IMG/VR virus record: IMGVR_UViG_3300023283_000077
Span: 1-35,678 of that record
DNA length: 35,678 nt
Source: a virus
Lineage: Duplodnaviria > Caudoviricetes
Direction: 5' to 3' (one strand)
Below the pieces are notes generated by a model that searched no databases, was not told the origin of the DNA, and saw only the letters and a program-made list of their open reading frames with translations. The position numbers and the translations under genes were made by a program. Below are positions 1 to 6,353 of the stretch, in pieces (the stretch's first letter is position 1; every line of letters starts with the position of its first letter).

Positions 1-399
1 CTTTATCACCAGCTCAAAATCTATGGAGGTCCCGGCCTCATCGAAGCTGTAGAACGTAAAGGAGAACGGACCATCCCATCGGATAGCGGGGGTCCCGTTA
101 TCGTCCACATGCTCAAACGGAGCGGCCAGATCGCCATATCGCCCGGTAAATCGGTCGAGTACGCTGGGCCCTTCTGCAGGATCTACAAACCACTGAGCCA
201 TTACGGGCTGACTCCAAATGTGCCGGGCGGATCAGGCCTCACCAGGAACGTCGCCGTATCAGTCGGACCTTTGGCCGACTCCAGCCCGTCGATGTCTGTA
301 GCGGTTATCGTGCATTCGTGCACCCCGGTGCCCTGGGCCAGGTCGGTGACCGGCACCTCTCGGCTGCCCGAGCTGACAAATCCCTCCAGCTGCAGTCCT
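1..399. repeat. Terminal overlap, copy 1 (circular genome)
   Basis: 1-399 matches 35280-35678 (offset 35279); one mismatch seen, A59 vs G35338. Confidence 0.97.
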
Positions 400-581
400 G
401 AGTCCGGCCAGACAGTGGCTCCCTGCTGCCGGCAAAATACGGTGTAGTGACTGATCTCGGTCACCGGGTCCAGTGGCTCGCCATTCTCGCGCGTCATCGG
501 CGGCTCCCAAGTCACAGTGACAGTCTGGGCAGCCGCGTATGCTGAGCTGAGCGCAATGAGTATTGCAGCTACCATCCTCAT
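201..581 (-). CDS. Secreted fibronectin type III-like protein
   Basis: Signal peptide MRMVAAILIALSSAYAAA/Q; FN3-like motifs TVTWEPP-TRENGEPL, ISHYTV, TITATDIDGLES; two Cys; stop overlaps next start (TAATG at 199-203). Confidence 0.75.
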   Translation of the reverse strand: MRMVAAILIALSSAYAAAQTVTVTWEPPMTRENGEPLDPVTEISHYTVFCRQQGATVWPDSGLQLEGFVSSGSREVPVTDLAQGTGVHECTITATDIDGLESAKGPTDTATFLVRPDPPGTFGVSP

Positions 582-582
582 G

Positions 583-858
583 TCATTGGCGCCTCGTGTT
601 GTTTGCTATGTCGATCAAATGCATGTTTGCCTCATCTAATCGCCGCTCCATGCCCTCAAAGCGGCGCTCGATGCGTGTATCCAGTGCGTCTATGCGCCGA
701 TGCACCTGCGCCTCCACGCGATCCATCTGCATCTGATGCCGCCGCCAGACCCAGCCGGCCAGCGCAAATAACCCGCAAGTCAGTATCGCGAGGACCCATC
801 TCAGCGGCTCCGGGAGCTGGACAAACAGCAGCGTCCAGATATCCGGCTCACCGCGCAT
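583..858 (-). CDS. Membrane protein with C-terminal coiled coil (lysis-cassette associated, holin/antiholin-like)
   Basis: GGAGG RBS before ATG 858; one TM segment (WVLAILTCGLFALAGWVW) followed by heptad-rich tail. Confidence 0.6.
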   Translation of the reverse strand: MRGEPDIWTLLFVQLPEPLRWVLAILTCGLFALAGWVWRRHQMQMDRVEAQVHRRIDALDTRIERRFEGMERRLDEANMHLIDIANNTRRQ

Positions 859-1177
859 AGCCGGCCTCCAGCTCTGTGATGTAGATGAGCAAGGCCCTGG
901 TGTCATCCTCGTTGAGCATCACGCCTCCGAGCGGGCCTGTCTGCCAGCTCTCCAGTATCGGCCTGGTCGGACGGTGAGGCATCTCGCTGCTCGTCCAGTT
1001 GCTCAGCGCCTGGCACCCCGAAATGTTCAGCACCATAGCCGACAGGATCAGACTCGATACGATCCCGGCGCGCCTGGGACTTGCGGCTTTGCTGCTCTCG
1101 TCGTTTGCGCTCTGCCCATGTTGCGAGCATCGGGACCAGGGTGGCGATGATGCGGAGAATTGCTGACAGCACATCAT
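848..1177 (-). CDS. Putative o-spanin (Rz1-like lipoprotein); true start uncertain
   Basis: Hydrophobic stretch ending in lipobox-like ISG-C, then Pro-rich segment; overlaps the i-spanin-like ORF in another frame. Confidence 0.55.
   Translation of the reverse strand: MMCCQQFSASSPPWSRCSQHGQSANDESSKAASPRRAGIVSSLILSAMVLNISGCQALSNWTSSEMPHRPTRPILESWQTGPLGGVMLNEDDTRALLIYITELEAGYAR
903..1172 (-). CDS. Putative i-spanin (Rz-like)
   Basis: GTG start just after holin stop; N-terminal hydrophobic anchor then charged helical region; lysis cassette position. Confidence 0.55.
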   Translation of the reverse strand: MLSAILRIIATLVPMLATWAERKRREQQSRKSQARRDRIESDPVGYGAEHFGVPGAEQLDEQRDASPSDQADTGELADRPARRRDAQRG

Positions 1178-1380
1178 CCGCCCTTGATCTTGTCCTTGGC
1201 TTTGACCCGGCCAATCACGACAACAACAGCGCCAATGATCCCGACCAGGCCGGTCGTGATCTGCTCCTGGCCCTCCGGGCCAATCTCCAATCCGAATGTG
1301 GCGGCCACGGCGGCGGCACCGGTGACCAGGGCGCCGATGATGGTCTTGCTCTGATACCAGGGTTTGCTTTGCTCATTCAC
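1174..1380 (-). CDS. Holin (2 TM)
   Basis: 68 aa, KPWYQSKTIIG N-terminus, two TM helices, basic C-terminus, follows endolysin. Confidence 0.75.
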   Translation of the reverse strand: MNEQSKPWYQSKTIIGALVTGAAAVAATFGLEIGPEGQEQITTGLVGIIGAVVVVIGRVKAKDKIKGG

Positions 1381-1691
1381 GGGCTCTTCCTCCGGGGCTG
1401 GTACTCAATGTGTAGGTGGGTGTCCTCGAGGATCACGTCGTAGTCGATTCCCAGCGACTCGCTGATCAGCTGCGCCAGGGGCTCCCGATCTTCTGCTGAC
1501 ACGTGCCGCGTGCGGAGGTCAACGGCACTGCCGGCATAATGGAGGCTCGTCGGGCTATGCCTGCCGTCGAGCAGCGATGTAATCACGCAGTCGTACCCGC
1601 CCCGCCGGTAGGCGGACTCGCTCACAATGACAGCCAGCAGCAGCTCAGGCCGTATACCCTGGCAGTCCACGCCGTCTTTGATCTGCAGCAT
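1377..1691 (-). CDS. Endolysin, peptidase M15-like Zn peptidase
   Basis: SLHYAGSAVD and HLHIE motifs; GAGG RBS before ATG 1691; first gene after late promoter. Confidence 0.8.
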   Translation of the reverse strand: MLQIKDGVDCQGIRPELLLAVIVSESAYRRGGYDCVITSLLDGRHSPTSLHYAGSAVDLRTRHVSAEDREPLAQLISESLGIDYDVILEDTHLHIEYQPRRKSP

Positions 1692-1701
1692 CAGGTGCCT
1701 C

Positions 1702-1728
1702 AAACAAAAAAGCCCCGCAGAACGGGGC
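1702..1728 (-). terminator. Intrinsic terminator 2 of late leader
   Basis: GCCCCG-TTCTG-CGGGGC then TTTTTTGTTT on minus strand. Confidence 0.8.
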
Positions 1729-1753
1729 AAGGGCTCGACTATCTGGAGGCCAG

Positions 1754-1788
1754 AAACGCAAAAGCCCCGCCGGTGAGGGCAGGGCTTT
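1754..1788 (-). terminator. Intrinsic terminator 1 of late leader
   Basis: AAAGCCCTGCC-CTCACC-GGCGGGGCTTT then TGCGTTT on minus strand. Confidence 0.75.
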
Positions 1789-1837
1789 CGTTGGTGGCAT
1801 GTTGGCCCGGGCGCAATACGACCAGACTACGGGAAAA

Positions 1838-1866
1838 ACTCTAAAACATGGCGGCCACCTATGCAA
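1838..1866 (-). promoter_or_regulatory. Late promoter (pR'-like)
   Basis: TTGCAT-N17-TAGAGT upstream of tandem terminators and lysis genes; -10-like TAGTCT just downstream of the predicted start. Confidence 0.7.
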
Positions 1867-1897
1867 GTATTTTTGGGTATCCGGATTAAGTGGAAGA

Positions 1898-2428
1898 TCA
1901 TGCGTTTCTTCTGTACTTTGTGCGATAGCGCTGCATGGGCACTGGGTCGCCCTGTTTGAGGGCCCGGTAGGCTACCTGGTATTCGCGTCTACGATCAGCA
2001 TCCCTGCCATCGGCTCGCCTAGCCCCTGGCGGCAGCTTGTGGTGGTCTCCGGGGCGTTGCTCAGTTATTAGCTTGCGGTGGCGAGTGTCATCGACGAGCG
2101 CTTTTCGTCGCCGCCCGCCTCGCCGCGCAGCTTCTACAGCAGACGGGAGATGGTCATAGGTCAGGCGTCCAGAGGTGATCTGGTCCTGCATCTGCAAGGA
2201 CAGCGCTTCGCGTGTGGCGGTCCCGGAAAGAGGGTAGCGCTTCGGTATGCCCCACTTTTCTCGGTAATCGTCATGCGTCATGCCATGGGTGCGAGGGAGG
2301 TGGGTGGCCAGACCGCGAAACCAGCGCCCACATTCCAAGCACTGTATGCGCGGGCCGCCAACGTAGGCGTCCAGTTCGTCGAGCGTCTGGAATGGCCTGT
2401 CACGCACGTCAGAAACCCAGCGACTCAA
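1898..2428 (-). CDS. Ros/MucR-family zinc-finger protein with basic C-terminal extension
   Basis: IQCLECGRWFRGLATHLPRTHGMTHDDYREKWGIPKRYPL = C-x2-C-x9-H-x4-H plus Y-R-x-K-W-x-x-P-x-x-Y-P; start TTG 2428 or GTG 2407. Confidence 0.8.
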   Translation of the reverse strand: MSRWVSDVRDRPFQTLDELDAYVGGPRIQCLECGRWFRGLATHLPRTHGMTHDDYREKWGIPKRYPLSGTATREALSLQMQDQITSGRLTYDHLPSAVEAARRGGRRRKALVDDTRHRKLITEQRPGDHHKLPPGARRADGRDADRRREYQVAYRALKQGDPVPMQRYRTKYRRNA

Positions 2429-2762
2429 TCATGGCCACCCGCTCGGCAAGGCTCATCTCCCGCACGCGGGCGGCGAGGTCACGCAGCGCCGAGTCATCGC
2501 CGGTGTCGCCGTCTTCCAGCTCGGCATCCAGGTGCTTGATCAGCAGCGGTTCTAGTAGTGATCCTGACAAAGTGGTCAAAAGTAGCTGTCGCTCAGCTTC
2601 TGTCAGATCGGGAGGCTGACTGCAAGCCAGCTCATAGCGCTCGGCAATGGTGGCCAGGCGTTGGCTTAGGGTATGGCGTTCGCCCAGGTTATCGACGACC
2701 CGCTCCAGGGGCGGGCTGAGGTAGATGCTAGGTCTACGCTTGTTACGCGACTTGTCGGTCAT
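2409..2762 (-). CDS. Putative ribbon-helix-helix-like regulator (117 aa)
   Basis: GGAG RBS before ATG 2762; N-terminal KRRPSIYLS strand followed by two predicted helices; helical acidic C-terminal part. Confidence 0.55.
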   Translation of the reverse strand: MTDKSRNKRRPSIYLSPPLERVVDNLGERHTLSQRLATIAERYELACSQPPDLTEAERQLLLTTLSGSLLEPLLIKHLDAELEDGDTGDDSALRDLAARVREMSLAERVAMIESLGF

Positions 2763-2773
2763 GACGGATCTCC

Positions 2774-2802
2774 AAAGCAAAGCCCCGACGCGAGGCCGGG
2801 GC
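2774..2802 (-). terminator. Intrinsic terminator/attenuator inside cassette operon
   Basis: GCCCCGGC-CTCGC-GTCGGGGC then TTTGCTTT, between gene 1 and gene 2. Confidence 0.7.
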
Positions 2803-2810
2803 AGCTTGAG

Positions 2811-3005
2811 TTAGCTGTTGCAGTAGTCACCCCAGAGGCGATTCATGATCTCGTCAGCTTCGGCATCGCTGGAGGTCCATACGCCATCGACATAGTTGCC
2901 AGTGCTGTCGCCGACCTTGGCGCTGTGGCCTTGCTCCTCCAGCCAGGTAGCGAATTCTTCGGCTTCCGGGGTATCGACGGCGATGATGATTTCGTAAGTG
3001 CTCAT
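2811..3005 (-). CDS. Small highly acidic protein (64 aa), unknown function
   Basis: AGGAG RBS; 14 D/E vs 2 K/R; first gene behind its own promoter. Confidence 0.8.
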   Translation of the reverse strand: MSTYEIIIAVDTPEAEEFATWLEEQGHSAKVGDSTGNYVDGVWTSSDAEADEIMNRLWGDYCNS

Positions 3006-3079
3006 GGTAGGTCTCCTAGTTCTGCGCCGGTGTGGCCAGTTCTTCGGTTGATGTGGGCTTCGTTTGCCTCACATGATTA

Positions 3080-3108
3080 AAGGTAGCACCCCAGGTGCTA
3101 CCTTGCAA
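3080..3108 (-). promoter_or_regulatory. Cassette sigma70 promoter with overlapping palindromic operator
   Basis: TTGCAA-N17-TACCTT; perfect inverted repeat AAGGTAGCACC-CCA-GGTGCTACCTT at 3080-3104. Confidence 0.8.
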
Positions 3109-3204
3109 GGATTATTTCCAACCAGACAATCCGGAGAGGGTTTTGGTTGCCCCAACCTACTGATTTGGGGAGATCAACCAGCTATTCCGGATACCCGTAT
3201 TTTT

Positions 3205-3546
3205 TCACCCGGCCTGATCAAGCCCATGCAGCAGGCCTTCCACATAGGCCTCTGCCTGGCACAGCAAGTGCGAGCTGGTGTGGCGGTTCATCGCCAGCGC
3301 CCGCCCGATCTGCGAGATACTCAGGCCCTGGATGTAGTAGGCCATGATCACCGCCGCCTGACGTTGGTCTCGCACCCTGAGCTGGGCCACGGCATAGTCC
3401 ACCCGGCCTGCCACCTCATCGGGCACATTCGGCATGCCAATGGTTGAGCCAAGTCCAAGCTGCTGCCGGCTGTAGCCGAGCGTCGTAATGAGATCCCCCC
3501 TGGCCCATCTTCCCCAATCCTCCAGCATGTCCTGTGTTGTCTTCAT
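3205..3546 (-). CDS. Q: Late antitermination protein Q-like
   Basis: MLEDWGRWAR N-terminus, C-terminal HTH and AEAYVEG; position between replication and lysis. Confidence 0.8.
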   Translation of the reverse strand: MKTTQDMLEDWGRWARGDLITTLGYSRQQLGLGSTIGMPNVPDEVAGRVDYAVAQLRVRDQRQAAVIMAYYIQGLSISQIGRALAMNRHTSSHLLCQAEAYVEGLLHGLDQAG

Positions 3547-3579
3547 CGCCTGCCCCTTATTTTCCTGTCAACGGTATGT

Positions 3580-3832
3580 CAAGGGTCTTTTCTAAACCCT
3601 TGCCGCTTTCAGCCCTTGTCCCCCAACGGTTGGCAAGGGTGGCAAGGGTGGCAAGGGTTGTATCCTCGCGCACGTGGGAAATATTTTTGTCTGGCCTGAG
3701 AGTACGCCCGTAAATACACACGCCCGTGCGCGCGCGATAGACCCTTGCCACCCTTGCCACCCTTGCCGGCCCTTGTGTCCCAAGGGCTGGACCCGGCAAG
3801 GGTCTGTTGCCAACCCTTGCCATGCCCTTGCC
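3580..3832. repeat. Iteron array, putative replication origin
   Basis: 14 CAAGGG/CCCTTG cores; (GGCAAGGGT)x3 at 3632-3658 and (ACCCTTGCC)x3 at 3741-3767 in inverted arrangement around a spacer containing AAATATTTTT; directly downstream of primase-helicase. Confidence 0.8.
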
Positions 3833-3837
3833 AACCA

Positions 3838-6282
3838 TCACCCTGCGTCCTCCATTGGGATGCTCCTCTGGCGGAATTCCGCCACACTGCGGCCGAGCCA
3901 CTCGGCCTCCCTGTCATCCGACGGCGGCTCCCCGATGATAAAAACCCGCTTTCGGTGCTCGATGCCCTGGATCCTGAAGCGCCGCGTGTCCTTGGTTATC
4001 CGGGTGCCCAGGATGGTGAGCAGCTTGGTCTCACTCATGGCCTTGTTGCCCGTGGCCGTGCACCATCGTCGGTAGACCTGGTACAGGTCTCGGGTGGTGC
4101 AGGAGATGAACGGCGCATCCAACTCGCCATCCCGCCACTCGCGCCAGAAAACCTCGAAGTTGGGCAACGAAAAATCGATCAGACGTCGTTTGGCGTCCGT
4201 GTCCGGCGGCTTACTGTGCGGCCCGAATCCGGTGACGCGGTAATCCAGCAGGTATCGGTACATGGCCTCTGGCCCGCCTCGCTCCAACTCCCACTCCACC
4301 AGGTGCTGGAGCTCGTCCGGCAAGGTATGCCGGGGCCAGGCGACCATGAACCGCCGGTCTGAGGGGTCGAGGGGAAACGGCTGTATCTCGTTGGAAAGGA
4401 AGACACCGTTCATAAAGTTGGCCTCCTCCCAACCGGCCACGAACTTGCGCTCGATCCGCTGTGTCTGGCCCGTGATCATGTGCTTGATCGTGCCCATCTG
4501 GTTGTGCTTCTCTGTGCGGCTGAGCACTTCCTCAAATACCGCATAGAGCAGGCGGGATCGCCAGTCGGTGTACTGGGATTCGAGCTGGTGCTGGCCAAGC
4601 ACGGAGGCGTACTCGCCATAAAGCCGGGTCATCACCTCGCCGAAGAACAAGCTCTTGCCGGAGCCCTGCACCTCGCTATGGAATAGCAGGGCAGTGTCGA
4701 GTTTGGCGCCGACGTGCTGTAGTGGATAGGCGAGCCAGCACAGCACCCAGTGCAGCGCATCGCTGTCCTGGTTGCAGAGGAGGTCGAGGGTTTGCAGGAT
4801 GCCCTGGCAGGCATCAGGGCTGCTGGCCGGCTGGAGCGGTAGGCCTGTGAAGGTGTTGATGGTCTTGTTGGGGTCCGACCTTTCGGTCGGGTCAAACACT
4901 ATCTGATCATCGTGGACGACACGCCGACGAGAGTGCTCTGCCCACCAGGTAAAATCCTTCGGCAACAGCGCTTTGACGGCATCCAGCGAGACGATTTGCC
5001 GTAGCTTCTGGTCCCATACGTTCCGTGATGGGTATACCAGGGTGAAACGTTCCAGTAGCCCCTGACGCGGATCGTGCGGATCCTGGTAGCCCTTGACCGT
5101 ATCCCAAGTGACTGTTCGCCTGTCGTCGTGCTCCATCCACTCGCCGAACAGCTCCTTGCCCATGAGGTCCCGGACGGCCGTCTTACGCAAAACCTGGCGC
5201 TCGTCGTAGTCGTACACCTTGGTCTCGCCGAAGATCAGGGCAAATCGCCGGAGCGCCTGCTCCAGTGTTGGCCGCTCCCCCGCTCCCCCATCAGAGGGGG
5301 CCGGGGGAGTTCCGGGAGGGGGCCCCGGATCGGCGGGGTCTGATTCCAGGGCCGCCTGGATCTGCGCCTTGAGCGCATCGGAGCCCGCCGCGATGCACAA
5401 ATCATTGAAGTCCGTGAGGCCCTCTCCTGACAGGGCCGAGCAATCGGGCACCACCCACCGCCCGCCAACGGCACTCGCGGCACTGATCGCCTTGTTCCGG
5501 CCCGGGTTGCCTGGCGTCTGCGCGTCATCGTCCCCGGCCACCAGGATATCGCCCAACGCGTCCCGGAATGCCGCGTGCAGGGCCCGGGCCACCGGTTCCA
5601 GGTTACCGGCATCGAAGGCCACGGCGACGGTGTAGCCGGTAGCCTCGTGGATGGACGCACCCGTGGCGTATCCCTCCACGATCACCAGGGGGCTCTGCGT
5701 GATGTCGCCGATCAGGTGGCAGGCACCGCGCTTGGGCGTGCCGGTTAGGAACTTTTTGCTGCCATCCTCAGCTACGAACTGCAGGCCCACCAGGTGCGGG
5801 CCGTCCTCATCGAATCGGTGCAACGGAACCACCAACTTGCCCCGGGCAAATCGGGTGCCGTGGTTACGCACCCGTTTGCGCTGCAGGTACGGGCAGGCGC
5901 CGCCGGCAGGCAGGTTGCTCCATATCTGCTGGGCCCGCTGCGCGCACTCTGTTGCCTGGCGCTCACGCTCCTCGCGGGCGGCCTGACGGGCGGCCTCCTG
6001 CTGGCGCCTGAACTCGGCGCGGTCCTCGTCTGAGAGGGGGCCGGGGGTAACACTGAGGGACTGGCTGTCCGAGTCTGATTTCCAGTTACCGTAGGCACCC
6101 GCGTAACCGATGCCGCCGGAACGCAGGTGTACCTCATGGATGACATACCACCCGCTTTTCTTGCCGCCCTTGTCCGGCCTGGGGTGGTCCACCGGCACGC
6201 GCACAATCTCGCCATACCGCGTGACACTCTCGACGCGCAGCCCATAGCCGCGCAGCTGGTCCAGGACGGTCGTCAGGTCCAT
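3838..6282 (-). CDS. Primase-helicase (Toprim primase + SF3/D5-like NTPase)
   Basis: Toprim IVEGYATG, VAFDAGNL, AGDDD, TDFNDL; Walker A QGSGKS, Walker B AVFEE; Pro-rich linker. Confidence 0.9.
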   Translation of the reverse strand: MDLTTVLDQLRGYGLRVESVTRYGEIVRVPVDHPRPDKGGKKSGWYVIHEVHLRSGGIGYAGAYGNWKSDSDSQSLSVTPGPLSDEDRAEFRRQQEAARQAAREERERQATECAQRAQQIWSNLPAGGACPYLQRKRVRNHGTRFARGKLVVPLHRFDEDGPHLVGLQFVAEDGSKKFLTGTPKRGACHLIGDITQSPLVIVEGYATGASIHEATGYTVAVAFDAGNLEPVARALHAAFRDALGDILVAGDDDAQTPGNPGRNKAISAASAVGGRWVVPDCSALSGEGLTDFNDLCIAAGSDALKAQIQAALESDPADPGPPPGTPPAPSDGGAGERPTLEQALRRFALIFGETKVYDYDERQVLRKTAVRDLMGKELFGEWMEHDDRRTVTWDTVKGYQDPHDPRQGLLERFTLVYPSRNVWDQKLRQIVSLDAVKALLPKDFTWWAEHSRRRVVHDDQIVFDPTERSDPNKTINTFTGLPLQPASSPDACQGILQTLDLLCNQDSDALHWVLCWLAYPLQHVGAKLDTALLFHSEVQGSGKSLFFGEVMTRLYGEYASVLGQHQLESQYTDWRSRLLYAVFEEVLSRTEKHNQMGTIKHMITGQTQRIERKFVAGWEEANFMNGVFLSNEIQPFPLDPSDRRFMVAWPRHTLPDELQHLVEWELERGGPEAMYRYLLDYRVTGFGPHSKPPDTDAKRRLIDFSLPNFEVFWREWRDGELDAPFISCTTRDLYQVYRRWCTATGNKAMSETKLLTILGTRITKDTRRFRIQGIEHRKRVFIIGEPPSDDREAEWLGRSVAEFRQRSIPMEDAG

Positions 6283-6353
6283 CGCGTGCCCTCCGGTTTG
6301 GGGGCAACGCAGTCAGTGAACTGATGCATAGTCGAGGCTTCCGTTTTTATTGG

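Larger units (their letters stand above)
1875..3196. mobile_element. Non-autonomous ISL3-like element (no transposase) carrying three passenger genes
   Basis: TIRs GGGTATCCGGATTAAGTGGAAGATC (1875-1899) and GGGTATCCGGAATAGCTGGTTGATC (revcomp of 3172-3196), 20/25 identical; flanked by 8-bp direct repeat GTATTTTT (1867-1874, 3197-3204). Confidence 0.85.

Noticed and set aside
1-399. Physical direct terminal repeat of the virion DNA
   Set aside because: The repeat cuts through two genes, and the HNH/P27 terS/terL set suggests cos packaging near 32980; better explained as circular or concatemer assembly overlap
3632-3767. CRISPR array or coding repeats (ORFs 3557-3901, 3592-3834, 3609-3917)
   Set aside because: 9-bp tandem units without spacers; the ORFs are low-complexity translations of the iterons
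6305-6325. GTTCACTG on minus strand resembling the start of a type I-F CRISPR repeat (possible RNA anti-CRISPR)
   Set aside because: Match ends after 8 nt; no repeat hairpin or GAAA end
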